Below are positions 38,352-49,611 of a stretch of DNA of 64,000 nt, piece after piece; positions within the stretch are counted from its first letter, which is position 1; each line of letters opens with the position of its first letter. Below the pieces are notes generated by a model that saw nothing but the letters and a program-made list of their open reading frames with translations, did not search any database and was not told the origin of the DNA. The DNA comes from an uncultured Gemmatimonadales bacterium (GTDB lineage: Bacteria; Gemmatimonadota; Gemmatimonadetes; Gemmatimonadales; GWC2-71-9): positions 384,001-448,000 of the forward strand of contig CAWCFX010000002.1 of the NCBI GenBank assembly GCA_963795085.1, in the 5' to 3' direction. Made by a program: the position numbers and the translations under genes.

Positions 38352-40805
38352 CTAGAAAAAGTTGCCTAGTTTGAAGTGCAGCTTCCACCCGGGGTCGGGG
38401 CGGCCGTTCACGTCCACCCGGTTGAATCCGTAGCCCATGTCCACACCGATGGGACCCAGCGGCGTGATGAGGGCGGCGCCAAACCCGGCCCCCCGGAACA
38501 GCCGGCTGGGATCGAACTGGCGCGCGTCGCGGTACACGTTGCCGGCGTCCATGAAGGTGCTCAGGTACACCGACTGGCTGACCCGGGCGCCGAACTCCAC
38601 CGTAAACGCGGCAAACGACTTGCCGAAGGCCCCGGGCTGGGCCCGCCCGGTCGAGGCTGAAGGATCAAACCCGTTGGGGGTGATGGAGAATTCGTCGTAT
38701 CCCCGGAGCGGGGTGCCGAACTGGGTGCCGCCCATGGAATACAGCTCCGTAAAGAACGGCCCCGCGTCGCCGAACACAAAGCCCGACTTGGCGGTGAATC
38801 CGAGGACCAGCTGCACCCCGGATCCGATCTGGGGATTGCCGCCCAGGGAACCCAGCGGCGCGTACCAGCGGCCTTCCAGTTCCAGCTTCTGGTAGCGGCC
38901 GGTGCCGCCGAGGATGCCGCCGTTCATCTCGACCTGGACATTGGTCATGCTGCCCGCGGTGGCGAAGGGCAGCCCGATCCGGGTGTCGCGCAACACCGTG
39001 GCGCCCAGCGTCGAGCGGCTGCAGTTATTGCAGTTAAAGCGCTCCCTCAAATCTTCAGAGCCCTCGGTGAACTTGATCCGCTGGAAGCCGTAGGAGGTGA
39101 AGACCCGGGTGAACCGGGAGCCCAGGAACGGGAAGCCCAGCTGGATACTGCCGCCTTCCTGCCGCCGCCGGCCCAGGTCGCCGACGACGAACCGCTGCCG
39201 CGAGTTGAACAGCGTAATGGTGCCGGAGATCCGGGAGTCCCGGATCGCCGGGTCGGTGTAGCTCAGGGTGAAATCATTGACGTTGCGGCCGAACTGCCAC
39301 TGGAAACGGACCCGTTTGCCCCGGCCGAAGAGGTTGGGCTCCTCGATGCCGAAGAATCCGCCCACGCCATACCCCTGCCCCAGGGACGCCCCGAAGTTGA
39401 AGTTGCCGGTCCGCCGCTCTTCGACCCGGAAGGTGACGTCCACGTCCACCCCGTTGCCGGCGCGGTCGATGTCAGGGAAGGCCATCGGCTGCTGGAAAAA
39501 CCCGAGATTGCCGATGTTCTGGTAGGAGCGGAGCAGCCGGTCCTGGCTGAACACGTCGCCGGGGAGCAGCATGATCGCTTCCCGGATCACCCGCTCGTGG
39601 GTCACGTCGTTGCCGACGATGTTCACCTTGTTGATGGTCGCAACCGAGCCCTCGCGGATGGTCCAGCCGAGGTCGATGTAGGGCGCGCCGCCGGGACCGG
39701 TCCGGCGGGTCTCGGTCGGGGTAATGTCGACGTAGATATAGCCGTTGTTGCGGTAGATGTTCCCGACTTTTTCCAGGGCCGCGTCCCAATCACTCCGGCT
39801 GAAGGGGGCCGGCGCCAGGCTGCTGTCCACCGGCTGGCCCGGTGCCCGGGGAATCCCGAACGGGTAGAACACCATCAGCTCGTCGCGGCTGTAATAGCGG
39901 TTGCCGTTGATCTCGAAGGTGCCGACATAGTAGGCCGGCCCTTCCTCGACACCCAGGCGGAGGATCGCCTTACCGGTCGTGGAATCCATGACCAGGGTGT
40001 CGGACCGGACCTGGAAATCGACGTACCCCCGTTCGCCGTAAAAGGCCGGCAGGCGTTCCCGGATGTCCTGGTCCAGCTTGTCGTCCTCGAAGCGGCCCTT
40101 CTGCCACCAGAAGAACCCCTCGGGCCGGGTGGCCATGTGCTTAACCACTTCCTTGTCGCTGAAGCGGGCATTGCCGTCGATGATTACTTCGCTGATGGCG
40201 ACCCGGCTGCCCTCGTTCACGTCGAAGACCAGGCGCACCGCGTTGTTGGGCTGGGGCAGCTCGTTGACGGTGGTGCGGGCGGTGTAGTAGCCCTGGGCCC
40301 GGTACATCGAATCGATGCCGGCCCGGGCCCGGGCCACTCCGGCCCGGTCGATGGGCTTGCCTTCGATGACCTTGATGCGGCCCCGCACGTCGGAGAGGGA
40401 GATCAGCTCGGGGCCCCGAAGCACCCACTTCTCCAGGATGGGCCGCTCCTTCACCGTCACGATGAGGACGAAGGATTCGTCGCCGGCGCGGAAATCGGTG
40501 CGGACGTCATCAAACTGGCCGGTCCGGAAGAGGGCAGCGATGGCCCGCTGGACATCGCGGAACCCGACCACCTGTCCCACCGCCAGCCCGGAGGTCCCCA
40601 TGATCTGGGCGGTGGTGACCCGTGCGTTGCCCTCGACGATGAGGCTGTCGAGGATGGGGGGCTCGGGCGGCGTTTCCTGCTGGGCCTGGAGGGCCATGCC
40701 GAAAGCCGCCCCCAGGAACAGGAGGCAGCTCAGGGCGCGCAGGAACCGGAGGCCGGGGCGTAACGCCGGGGCCACCGCCCGGCGGGCGGCGGCGGCTCGC
40801 ATCAC
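38352..40805 (-). CDS. bamA: Outer membrane protein assembly factor BamA
   Basis: POTRA repeats, LRGY, TPLGP, C-terminal Phe. Confidence 0.95.
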   Translation of the reverse strand: MMRAAAARRAVAPALRPGLRFLRALSCLLFLGAAFGMALQAQQETPPEPPILDSLIVEGNARVTTAQIMGTSGLAVGQVVGFRDVQRAIAALFRTGQFDDVRTDFRAGDESFVLIVTVKERPILEKWVLRGPELISLSDVRGRIKVIEGKPIDRAGVARARAGIDSMYRAQGYYTARTTVNELPQPNNAVRLVFDVNEGSRVAISEVIIDGNARFSDKEVVKHMATRPEGFFWWQKGRFEDDKLDQDIRERLPAFYGERGYVDFQVRSDTLVMDSTTGKAILRLGVEEGPAYYVGTFEINGNRYYSRDELMVFYPFGIPRAPGQPVDSSLAPAPFSRSDWDAALEKVGNIYRNNGYIYVDITPTETRRTGPGGAPYIDLGWTIREGSVATINKVNIVGNDVTHERVIREAIMLLPGDVFSQDRLLRSYQNIGNLGFFQQPMAFPDIDRAGNGVDVDVTFRVEERRTGNFNFGASLGQGYGVGGFFGIEEPNLFGRGKRVRFQWQFGRNVNDFTLSYTDPAIRDSRISGTITLFNSRQRFVVGDLGRRRQEGGSIQLGFPFLGSRFTRVFTSYGFQRIKFTEGSEDLRERFNCNNCSRSTLGATVLRDTRIGLPFATAGSMTNVQVEMNGGILGGTGRYQKLELEGRWYAPLGSLGGNPQIGSGVQLVLGFTAKSGFVFGDAGPFFTELYSMGGTQFGTPLRGYDEFSITPNGFDPSASTGRAQPGAFGKSFAAFTVEFGARVSQSVYLSTFMDAGNVYRDARQFDPSRLFRGAGFGAALITPLGPIGVDMGYGFNRVDVNGRPDPGWKLHFKLGNFF

Positions 40806-43267
40806 GTCTTGGACTCGGTCAGGGCCCGAAAGGCGAGTTTCTCGCCGTCGGGAGCCACGTCGACTTCGATTTCGTCCCCCCGGCCGAAGTCACCGGTGAG
40901 GATTCGCTCGCTGAGCGGGTCCTCGATGTACTTCTGAATGGCCCGCTTGAGCGGCCGGGCGCCGTAGTTCTGGTCGTACCCGTGGTTCACCAGGAACTCG
41001 ATGGCCGCCGGCGTCAGGCGGACTTCATCGCCCAGCCGCCGCTGCACCTCCTTGAGCAGGATCGTCACGATCTGGGCGATGTGCTCCTTGGACAGCGGAT
41101 GAAAGACGATGATGTCGTCCAGCCGGTTGAGGAACTCCGGGTTGAACACTTTCTGGATCTCGTCCTTGACCTTTTCCGCCATCCGGTCGAAGGAGGTCTG
41201 GCTATCGGCCCCGTGGAAGCCCAGGCTCTTGTTCTGGGTGATCTCGCGGGCGCCCACGTTGGATGTCATGATGACCACCGTATTCTTGAAATCAATGACC
41301 CGGCCGTAGTTGTCGGTCAGGTGGCCCTCATCCAGCACCTGGAGCAGGATGTTGAACACGTCGGGGTGGGCCTTTTCGATCTCGTCGAGCAGTACGACAG
41401 AATAGGGCTTCCGGCGGATGGCCTTGGTGAGCGTGCCGGAATCTTCGTACCCGACGTAGCCGGGGGGCGCGCCGATCAGCCGGGAGACCGAGAACTTCTC
41501 CATGTACTCCGACATGTCCACCCGGATGAGGGCAGAGGCGTCGGCGAAAAGGAACTTGGCCAGCGACCGGGCCAGTTCGGTCTTGCCCACCCCGGTGGGG
41601 CCCGAGAAAATGAACGACCCGATCGGGTGGTTGGGGTCCTTGAGCCCGGCCCGGGAGCGCCGGATGGCCCGGGAGATCGCCTTGATCGCCTCGTCCTGGC
41701 CCACCACCGACTCGTGCAGTTCGTCTTCCATCCGCAGCAGCCGGGCGGCCTCGGCCTCCTGCAGCCGGGTGACCGGGATGCCGGTCCACCGGGAGACCAC
41801 GAAGGCCACCGCCTCTTCGTCGATCACCGGACGGCGGATCTGCCGTTCCCGCTCCCATTCCTCGTTCTTGAGGCGGATCTGGTTCTGCAGGTCGCGTTCC
41901 CGGTCCCGCAGGCTGGCGGCCTTTTCGAAGTTCTGGTCGCGGACCGCGTCCTCTTTCTCGACGTTGACCTTTTCGAGGTCGGCCTTGAGCGTGGACACTT
42001 CGGCCGGCGGCACCTGGGAGGCAAGCCGCGCCCGGGCGCCCGATTCGTCGATGACGTCAATGGCCTTGTCCGGCAGGAACCGGTCGGTGATATAGCGCTC
42101 CGACAGCTCGGCCGACGCCTTGAGGGTTTCGTCGGGATAAGAGACCCGGTGGTGGTCCTCGTACTTCTTGCGCAACCCCTTGAGGATCTCGATGGTCTCC
42201 TCGATGGACGGCGGCTCCACCATGACCGTCTGGAAGCGGCGCTCCAGGGCGCCGTCTTTCTCGATGTATTTCCGGTACTCGTTCAGGGTCGAAGCGCCGA
42301 CGCACTGCAGCTCGCCCCGGGCCAGGGCGGGTTTGAGCATGTTGGAGGCGTCGATGGCCCCTTCGGCGGCGCCGGCGCCGACCAGGGTATGCAATTCGTC
42401 GATGAACAGGATGATGTTCTTGTTCTGGGCGATCTCGTTCATCACGGCCTTGAGCCGCTCTTCGAACTGGCCCCGGTACTTGGTACCGGCGATCACCGCG
42501 GCCATGTCCAGGGAAAGCACCCGGTGGTCGCGCAGCACATCGGGACAGGTGCCGCTGGCGATGAGGAGCGCCAGGCCCTCCACGATCGCGGTCTTGCCGA
42601 CGCCCGGCTCTCCGATCAGGACCGGATTGTTCTTCTTCCGGCGGGCCAGGATCTCCATGACCCGTTCGATCTCCTTGGCGCGGCCAATGGTCGGGTCCAG
42701 TTGCCCCTCGGCACCCAGCTGGGTAAGGTCGCGGCAGAAGTGATCCAGCGCGGGGGTCTTGGATTTCTTCTCCGACTTGGGCGGTTGGACGGGCTGGCTG
42801 CCGCCGGTGGGGGTCTGCGGCATGTCGCTGCCGAGCAGCCGCAGCGTTTCCGCCCGGGACTGTTCCAGGCTCACGCCCGCGTCGGTCAGGACCTGCGCGG
42901 CGATCCCCTTCTCTTCGCGGAGCAGGCCGAGCAGCAGGTGCTCGGTGCCGACGTAGGAGTGGTTGAGCTCCCGGGCCTCGGTCATCGCCAGTTCCAGCAC
43001 TTTCTTGGCGCGAGAGGTATAAGGCAGATCGGGACCCACCGCCGCGCTGGCTTTGCCCTTCTTGACCGTCTCCTCGATTTTCTGCTGGATCTCCTCGAGG
43101 TCAACGTTGAGATTGGTGAGGACCGCCGCGGCGACGCCCTCGCCCTCGCGGATCAGCCCCAGGAGGATATGCTCGGTTCCCACGTACTCGTGGTGCAGAC
43201 GGGCGGCTTCCTCTCGCGCCATCTGGAGCACTTTGCGAACCCGGTCGGTAAAGTTGTATCCGTTCAT
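40802..43267 (-). CDS. clpC: ATP-dependent Clp protease ATPase ClpC
   Basis: Double Clp-N with intact TDR/GTEH and TSR/GTEH, two AAA+ domains, UVR M-domain, LGF ClpP-docking loop. Confidence 0.95.
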   Translation of the reverse strand: MNGYNFTDRVRKVLQMAREEAARLHHEYVGTEHILLGLIREGEGVAAAVLTNLNVDLEEIQQKIEETVKKGKASAAVGPDLPYTSRAKKVLELAMTEARELNHSYVGTEHLLLGLLREEKGIAAQVLTDAGVSLEQSRAETLRLLGSDMPQTPTGGSQPVQPPKSEKKSKTPALDHFCRDLTQLGAEGQLDPTIGRAKEIERVMEILARRKKNNPVLIGEPGVGKTAIVEGLALLIASGTCPDVLRDHRVLSLDMAAVIAGTKYRGQFEERLKAVMNEIAQNKNIILFIDELHTLVGAGAAEGAIDASNMLKPALARGELQCVGASTLNEYRKYIEKDGALERRFQTVMVEPPSIEETIEILKGLRKKYEDHHRVSYPDETLKASAELSERYITDRFLPDKAIDVIDESGARARLASQVPPAEVSTLKADLEKVNVEKEDAVRDQNFEKAASLRDRERDLQNQIRLKNEEWERERQIRRPVIDEEAVAFVVSRWTGIPVTRLQEAEAARLLRMEDELHESVVGQDEAIKAISRAIRRSRAGLKDPNHPIGSFIFSGPTGVGKTELARSLAKFLFADASALIRVDMSEYMEKFSVSRLIGAPPGYVGYEDSGTLTKAIRRKPYSVVLLDEIEKAHPDVFNILLQVLDEGHLTDNYGRVIDFKNTVVIMTSNVGAREITQNKSLGFHGADSQTSFDRMAEKVKDEIQKVFNPEFLNRLDDIIVFHPLSKEHIAQIVTILLKEVQRRLGDEVRLTPAAIEFLVNHGYDQNYGARPLKRAIQKYIEDPLSERILTGDFGRGDEIEVDVAPDGEKLAFRALTESKT

Positions 43268-43301
43268 CGAGGCTTCCTGCCCTGGAGAAGTGTGCGCCGG
43301 G

Positions 43302-44384
43302 CTATCCGCGCCGGGCCGCGTCTTCTTCCAAAAGTTTGCGTACGTAACGGGAACGCTGCACTGATAGCGAGGGATCGTCGACCTGGAGGCTGTGCGCGGC
43401 CGCCAGGTGGGCCGGCTGGCAGTACACCAGCAGCTTGTTCAAGGTATACAACCCCACCCCGCCGATCAGTTTCAAGCCCACGCCCAGCCGTACACCGCTG
43501 AGCAGGTTCATCATCTCTTCGAACGAGAGGGCCCGGGCGTAGCGAAGCAATCCGTAGGCCCGCCAGACCTTGTCCTCGACCGCGCCCGGCGCGTCGCGCA
43601 GCAGCACCTGCCGGGCCTGCTCTTCGTATTCCATGACCTGGCGGACGATCTTGCCGAGGTGATCCAGCAGGTCCTGCTCTGACTTGCCCAGCGTGGTCTG
43701 GTTGGACAACTGGAAGAAATTGCCCACCACTTCGCTGCCCTCGCCGTACAGCCCGCGAAACGTCAAGCCGACCTGGCCAAGCCCCTGCAAAACCTTGGAA
43801 ATTTCTTTGGTCAGGACCAGGCCGGGCAGGTGGATCAACACGGAGGCGCGAAGCCCGGTGCCGACGTTCGTGGGACAGGATGTAAGGTAACCAAATTCAG
43901 GATGAAATGCGAAGGGAAGTCGTTGTCCCAGTTCACTGTCCAGACGGTCCACAGCGGCATAGGTTTCGGCCAGCGCAAAGCCTGAGCGCATGCCCTGGAG
44001 CCGGAGGTGATCCTCCTCATTCAGCATGATCCCCAGCTGGTCCTGCACCAGCAGGGCGCCTCCCGGCCGCACCCGGCCGGCGGGATCCAGGGCCGCCAGT
44101 TCGCGGCTGATCAGATGGCGTTCATGAAGCAGCTGGCGGTCCAGGGGGTCCAGCCGGTCCATCCGGTAGCACACCGCCTGTCCCATCAGGGTGCCACTCC
44201 GCCCGGCCGCGTCCACCTCGCGGAGGATCGCCTCCCGGTCCTCCGGGGCATTCCGGGAGCCGAAGACCCGGTCGCCGAGGTTCCGGGCGAGCCGCACCCG
44301 GGTGGACAGGACGAGGTGGCCGGCGGGCCCGCTGGCGTCGAGCCAGCCCAGTCCTCCGTCGGCCAGCAGGCTCAGGTCGATCAC
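43302..44384 (-). CDS. mcsB: Protein arginine kinase McsB
   Basis: STRVRLARN, NEEDH, CPTNVGTGLRAS, RGLYGEG, SNQ.TLG; GTG at 44384. Confidence 0.93.
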   Translation of the reverse strand: MIDLSLLADGGLGWLDASGPAGHLVLSTRVRLARNLGDRVFGSRNAPEDREAILREVDAAGRSGTLMGQAVCYRMDRLDPLDRQLLHERHLISRELAALDPAGRVRPGGALLVQDQLGIMLNEEDHLRLQGMRSGFALAETYAAVDRLDSELGQRLPFAFHPEFGYLTSCPTNVGTGLRASVLIHLPGLVLTKEISKVLQGLGQVGLTFRGLYGEGSEVVGNFFQLSNQTTLGKSEQDLLDHLGKIVRQVMEYEEQARQVLLRDAPGAVEDKVWRAYGLLRYARALSFEEMMNLLSGVRLGVGLKLIGGVGLYTLNKLLVYCQPAHLAAAHSLQVDDPSLSVQRSRYVRKLLEEDAARRG

Positions 44385-44890
44385 TCTGCCACCTTGAGTT
44401 GATCGCGCAGCTGGGCCGCCCGCTCGAAATCTTCCGATTCGATGGCCCGCTTGAGCTGTTCCCGCAACTCGAGGCCGCCGGGGGCGCCAGCGGAAGGCTC
44501 CGCCGCGGCCCCCGCGAGGTAGCGTTCTCCCACATGGCGCGTGGCCCCGTGGAGGCGGCGCAGGAGGTCGCGGAGCGGCTCCCCCAGCGCACGATAGCAG
44601 TCGGGGCACCCCAGCCGCCCTGATTCCCGGAAGTCCGAAAGCGTCGCGCCGCAACTCCCGCAGGAGAAAGCCAATTCGCCCACCCCCGCAGGGGTTGCGT
44701 CCTTGAGCCCCTGCCCCATGGCGGCGATGTAGCTCGCCAGCGGCGACTTGCCGAGGGACGCGGCGTTCTCCAGGCCCCGCTCCGCGGCGCACTGCTCGCA
44801 CAGGTGGACCTTGGTCACCTGCCCCTCGGCCACCTGGGTCAGCTCCATCACGGCATCGCGTTCCTGGCACTGGCTGCAGATCATGCGCAC
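44381..44890 (-). CDS. mcsA: McsA activator (4 CxxC plus UVR domain)
   Basis: CSQC, CEQC, CGSC, CPDC; EDFERAAQLRD. Confidence 0.92.
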   Translation of the reverse strand: MRMICSQCQERDAVMELTQVAEGQVTKVHLCEQCAAERGLENAASLGKSPLASYIAAMGQGLKDATPAGVGELAFSCGSCGATLSDFRESGRLGCPDCYRALGEPLRDLLRRLHGATRHVGERYLAGAAAEPSAGAPGGLELREQLKRAIESEDFERAAQLRDQLKVAE

Positions 44891-44900
44891 TCGTTCCTTG

Positions 44901-45602
44901 TCACGGCTCGGTCCTCACCGCTTCATGCGGCACCAGCCGCCCCTCGTCCAGCATCAGGACCCGGTCGGCCCGGTTGGCCAGGCTCCAGTTGTGAGTCACC
45001 GCCACGAGCGCGGTCTCGAACTCCCGTGACAGGGTGGCGAACAGCCGGTGCAGGCGCTCGCCGTTGAAGTGGTCGAGGTTGCCGGAGGGTTCGTCCGCCA
45101 GGACCACGACCGGGTCGCCCACCAGGGCGCGGGCCACCGCCACCCGCTGCTGCTCGCCCCCGGAAAGCTGGCCCGGGCGATGGGTCATCCGCCCCGCCAG
45201 GCCCACCGCGGCGAGCAGCTCCTCCGCTTTGGACCGGGCCCGGCCTTCCGGCGCGCCCCCGATGAGCAGCGGCATCATCACGTTCTCCAGCGCGCTGAAC
45301 TCGCGCAGGAGGTGATGAAACTGAAACACGAACCCGATCTTTCGGTTCCGCATCTGGCCCAGCTCGGCGGCGGTGCGTTCCCGGTACCCGGCCCCTTCCA
45401 GCAGCACCTCGCCGCCGGTGGGGAGGTCCAGCGCGCCGAGCAGGTGCAGCAGGGTGCTCTTGCCCGCCCCGCTGGCGCCCATCACGGCCACGAACTCGCC
45501 CCGGGAGACGCGCAGGTCCACGCCGGCCAGCACCTCGATGAGGCTGCCATCGCCGCCGCGGTAGGTCTTCCGCAGCTCCCGGCATTCCAGGACGGCGGTC
45601 AT
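44901..45602 (-). CDS. lolD: Lipoprotein-releasing ABC transporter ATPase
   Basis: [30 protein letters not shown] at 45602. Confidence 0.88.
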   Translation of the reverse strand: MTAVLECRELRKTYRGGDGSLIEVLAGVDLRVSRGEFVAVMGASGAGKSTLLHLLGALDLPTGGEVLLEGAGYRERTAAELGQMRNRKIGFVFQFHHLLREFSALENVMMPLLIGGAPEGRARSKAEELLAAVGLAGRMTHRPGQLSGGEQQRVAVARALVGDPVVVLADEPSGNLDHFNGERLHRLFATLSREFETALVAVTHNWSLANRADRVLMLDEGRLVPHEAVRTEP

Positions 45603-46876
45603 TCGTGCCGGATGGCGTCCACCGGGGTCAGGCTGGCCGCCGACCGGGATGGATAAATGGTGGCCAGGATGGCCAGCGTAAGGCTCGCCAGCATCACGAC
45701 GATGACGTCCGACGCCTCGACATGGATTGGCAGCGCATCGATGTAGTACACCGCCGGATCGATGCGGATCCACTTCCAGCGGTCGAACGCGAAGGCGAGC
45801 CCCAGCCCCAGCACCATGCCGACCACGACGCCGACCAGGCCGATGATCGCCCCCTGGGCCAGGAAGATCCGGGCGATGGCCGGGGACGACAGCCCCATGG
45901 CCTTGAGAATCCCGATCTCCCGGGTCTTGTCGTTGACCACCATGGTGAGCGTCCCCACGATGTTGAACGCCGCCACGATCATGATGAAGAAAATGATCAG
46001 CCCCATCGCGACCTTTTCCAGCTTGAGCGCCCCGAACAGGGTCGAGTTCTGCTGCTGCCAGTCGAAGGCCCGGTAGGGATACCCCAGCCGGTCCTCCAGC
46101 CGCTTGCCCACTTCCGGCGCGCTCCAGGGGTCCGCGACCCGCACCGCCAGGCCGGAGACGGCATCGCCCAGGCCGGTGAACTCCTGGGCCACCTCCCGGG
46201 ACATGACCACCAGCTTATTGTCGTACTGGAACATGCCGGTGTCGAAGAGCCCCGTCACCTCGAACCGCCAGACCCGGGGCATCGCGACCCCGACGGCGGG
46301 ATTCACCTTGAGTCCCGAGGGGGCGAACAGGGAGACCGTATCGCCCAGGCTCACGCTGAGCCGGCTGGCCAGTCGCTGGCCCAGGAGAACCGCCCCGTCC
46401 AGGCCGGCCACCGTGGGCCGGAACTGCAGGTCGCCCCGGGTAATGGATGAGGGAAAAGTGGTGACCGCCGCCGTGCCGGTGTCGGCCTCGAACCCGACGA
46501 TCTGGACCCCCTCGAAATAGTCCGCTCCCGAATTGATTACGGATTCACTGAGCACCTCGGGCGTGACCGCGATCACCCCCGGCTCAGTGCGTACCGAGTC
46601 CATGACCCGGCGCCAGTCGTCCAGCCGGAGCCCGCTCCCGAAGGTGAGGATGCGGAGGTGCGGGCTGCCGACCAGGATCCGGTCCCGCAGGTCATCAACG
46701 AGGCCGTTCATCACGCCCAGCACACAGATCAGCGCCATCACTCCGACCGCGACTCCCCCGGCGGAGATCAGGGTGATGAGCGAGGCGCCCCGGCGGGACT
46801 TCCGGCTCTGGAGGTAGCGGCGGGCAATGCGCCGCTCCAGCGGCGTCGGCCAGAGGGCGCGGAGATCGATTCTCAT
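45599..46876 (-). CDS. lolE: Lipoprotein-releasing ABC transporter permease (LolC/E)
   Basis: MacB/FtsX architecture, VMNG, REIGILKAMG. Confidence 0.85.
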   Translation of the reverse strand: MRIDLRALWPTPLERRIARRYLQSRKSRRGASLITLISAGGVAVGVMALICVLGVMNGLVDDLRDRILVGSPHLRILTFGSGLRLDDWRRVMDSVRTEPGVIAVTPEVLSESVINSGADYFEGVQIVGFEADTGTAAVTTFPSSITRGDLQFRPTVAGLDGAVLLGQRLASRLSVSLGDTVSLFAPSGLKVNPAVGVAMPRVWRFEVTGLFDTGMFQYDNKLVVMSREVAQEFTGLGDAVSGLAVRVADPWSAPEVGKRLEDRLGYPYRAFDWQQQNSTLFGALKLEKVAMGLIIFFIMIVAAFNIVGTLTMVVNDKTREIGILKAMGLSSPAIARIFLAQGAIIGLVGVVVGMVLGLGLAFAFDRWKWIRIDPAVYYIDALPIHVEASDVIVVMLASLTLAILATIYPSRSAASLTPVDAIRHE

Positions 46877-48396
46877 GCCGGGTCCCCGTCCATTTCCGGG
46901 CGCATGGCCGGGAACAGGATGACGTCCCGGATGGACGGCTGGTCCGCGAGCAGCATGATCAGCCGGTCAATGCCCAGGCCGAGCCCTCCGGCCGGCGGCA
47001 TACCATACTCGAGGGCGCGCACGTAGTCCGCGTCGTACGGCTGGGCCTCGGCGTCACCCCTGGTGTGGAGCTCCGCCTGGGCTTCGAAGCGCTGCCGCTG
47101 GTCGGCCGGATCGTTCAGTTCGCTAAAGGCATTGGCGATTTCACGGCCCAGGATGAACAGTTCGAACCGCTCGGTCAGGAACGGGTCGGACCGGTGTTCC
47201 TTGGCCAGCGGCGAAAGCGGCTTGGGATAATCAATGACGAAGGTGGGCTGAATGAGGGTGGGCTCCAGGAACACCCGGAAGACCTCGTCCATCAGGCGGG
47301 CCCCGCTCAGCGCCGCGACCGCGTCGGCCGGCTCCCGGGCCGCCACCAGAGCCTCCCGCATGGCCGGCTCGGAGGCGACCCGGAGATCCAGCCCGGAGGT
47401 GTCCTGCACCCCGGCCAGGAAAGAAACCCGCCGCCACGGCGGAGTGAAGTCGAGCCGGTGGCCTCCCCGGTCGAGAAACAGGGTGCCGCAACAGTGCTGG
47501 ACCACGCCGCTCACCATCTGCTCGGCGGTGTCCATGACGTCCCGGTAGTCGGCGTAGGCCTGGTAGAACTCCAGCATGGTGAACTCGGGGAGGTGGGTCC
47601 GGTCCATCCCTTCGTTCCGGAAATCGTGGCCGATCTCGTACACCCGCTCGAATCCGCCCACCAGCAGCCGTTTGAGATACAGCTCGTCGGCAATCCGCAG
47701 GTATAGCGGCATGTCGAGCGCGTGGTGGACGGTGGTGAAGGGCCGGGCCGCCGCGCCGCCGTAGAGGGGCTGCAGGATCGGGGTCTCGACTTCCAGGAAG
47801 CCGCGATCGTCCAGGAAGCGGCGCAGCCAGGCGATGGCCCGGGCCCGCAGGGTGAACACGGCGCGCACATCGGGGTGAACCGCCAGGTCGGCGTAGCGCT
47901 GCCGGTATCGGAACTCCATGTCGGCCACCCCGCCGTAGGTCCGGGTCGAGCCGTCCTCCAGCACTTCCACTTTGGGCCGGGGCAGCGGCTTGACCGACTT
48001 CGACAGCAGGGTCACCTCGGCCGCCCGAATGGTGACCTCCCCGGTCTTCGTCTTCATGAGCCGGCCCCGCACGCCGATATGGTCGTCGAGGTCGAGCAGC
48101 CGGACCAGCTCCCAGGCCGGTCCCAGGTCATCGGCGCGGAGATACACCTGGATCCGGCCGCTCGCATCCTCTACGTGCCCGAAGGTGGTCTTACCCTTGG
48201 AACGCCAGGACTGGACCCGGCCGGCGACCGCCACCTCGGGCCCCAGGTCGCCCTGCTGGTCCTGGTACAGGGCGAGCGCCTCCCGGGCCATGTGGCTGGG
48301 CCGGTAGCCATAGGCATAGGGCCGGATCCCCAGCGCCGTGATGGCGGCCAGTTTCTCGCGGCGGTGCCGCTCCGGCTGGCTCAACTCGTCGCTCAC
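46873..48396 (-). CDS. lysS: Lysine--tRNA ligase (class II)
   Basis: RYRQRY, YGGAAARPF, FRNEG, GLGIDR. Confidence 0.97.
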   Translation of the reverse strand: MSDELSQPERHRREKLAAITALGIRPYAYGYRPSHMAREALALYQDQQGDLGPEVAVAGRVQSWRSKGKTTFGHVEDASGRIQVYLRADDLGPAWELVRLLDLDDHIGVRGRLMKTKTGEVTIRAAEVTLLSKSVKPLPRPKVEVLEDGSTRTYGGVADMEFRYRQRYADLAVHPDVRAVFTLRARAIAWLRRFLDDRGFLEVETPILQPLYGGAAARPFTTVHHALDMPLYLRIADELYLKRLLVGGFERVYEIGHDFRNEGMDRTHLPEFTMLEFYQAYADYRDVMDTAEQMVSGVVQHCCGTLFLDRGGHRLDFTPPWRRVSFLAGVQDTSGLDLRVASEPAMREALVAAREPADAVAALSGARLMDEVFRVFLEPTLIQPTFVIDYPKPLSPLAKEHRSDPFLTERFELFILGREIANAFSELNDPADQRQRFEAQAELHTRGDAEAQPYDADYVRALEYGMPPAGGLGLGIDRLIMLLADQPSIRDVILFPAMRPEMDGDPA

Positions 48397-49497
48397 GCCG
48401 GCTTTCCCCCGTATTGCTTGAGAAACGCTTCGATGAACCCGTCGAGGTCTCCGTCCATCACCCGGTGGACATCGCCCACCTTGAGCTCGGTCCGGTGGTC
48501 GTTGACCATGGTGTAGGGCTGAAAGACGTAGGACCGGATCTGGTTGCCCCAGGAGTTGTCGGTCTTGGTGGCTTCGACCAGGGCCCGGGCGGCTTCCTGC
48601 TCCTCCAGTTTCTTCTGGTACAGCGCGGCCCGGAGCATTTTCAGCGCGGTCGCCTTGTTCTTGCCCTGGCTCCGCTCCTGCTGGCAGCTCACCACGGTGT
48701 TCGTGGGGATATGGGTGAGGCGCACCGCCGAGGAGGTCTTGTTGACGTGCTGGCCGCCGGCCCCGGAGGCCCGGAAGACGTCCATCCGGATGTCCTCGTC
48801 CCGCAGTTCGATTTCGATGGTGTCGTCGATATCGGGATACAGGAACACCGATGCGAAAGAGGTGTGGCGGCGCGCCTGGGAATCAAAAGGAGAGATCCGC
48901 ACCAGCCGGTGGACGCCCTTCTCCGCCTTGAGGTACCCATAGGCGTACTGGCCCTTGATCTCGATGGTGGCCGACTTGATCCCGGCCTCTTCGCCGGGTA
49001 GCAGATCGAGAATGGTCACCTCGAAATCGTGCCGCTCGGCCCAGCGCACGTACATCCGAAGCAGCATGTCGGCCCAGTCCTGCGACTCGGTGCCACCGGC
49101 GCCGGGGTGAATTGTCAGGATCGCATCGCGCCCGTCATCGGGGCCACTCAGCATGGCCTGCAGCTCGAAGGCCGCGGTGCGCTCCTCCAGCGCAGCGGCC
49201 TCCGCCTCGAGGTCCGCCGTCATCCCCGCATCCGGCTCTGCTTCGAGCATCTCGGCCAGGCCGGCCGCTCCCTCGAGCCGGGACACCAGCTCCCGGTACG
49301 GTGCCACTATCGCCTTGAGCTGCTTGGCCTCCTGCACGACACCACGGGCCCGCTCCGGATTACTCCAGAAGTTGGGATCCGCCTGCCGGGCGTCCAGTTT
49401 CTCCAGTTGAGCTTCCTTGTCAGCCACGTCAAAGAAAGTCACGCAACTCGGAGAGGCGCCGATTGAGTTCGTCGAAACGTTCGGTCAAAGCAGACAT
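48393..49497 (-). CDS. prfB: Peptide chain release factor 2 with programmed +1 frameshift
   Basis: ATG 49497 gives MSALTERFDELNRRLSELRDFL then CTT TGA C (49434-49428); the +1 frame carries SPF and GGQ. Confidence 0.95.
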
Positions 49498-49531
49498 CGG
49501 ACTATCCTCGTCTGGGTCCGGAATGTGACTC

Positions 49532-49565
49532 GAGCCGCGCTCCCGGATGGTGCGGGAGGCGGCTC
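49532..49565 (-). other. GC-rich hairpin between the zinc-ribbon gene and prfB
   Basis: GAGCCGC(C)TCCCG...CGGGAG(C)GCGGCTC; no U tract, so role unclear. Confidence 0.4.
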
Positions 49566-49611
49566 ATGGTAAAATAAACCGTTGTCGCGATTGGGGATAC
49601 CTACTGCGACT

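Noticed and set aside
40982..43501. 839-aa plus-strand ORF opposite clpC
   Set aside because: Antisense shadow ORF; the same applies to 1345-3156, 17455-19140, 23365-25347 and 57498-59390
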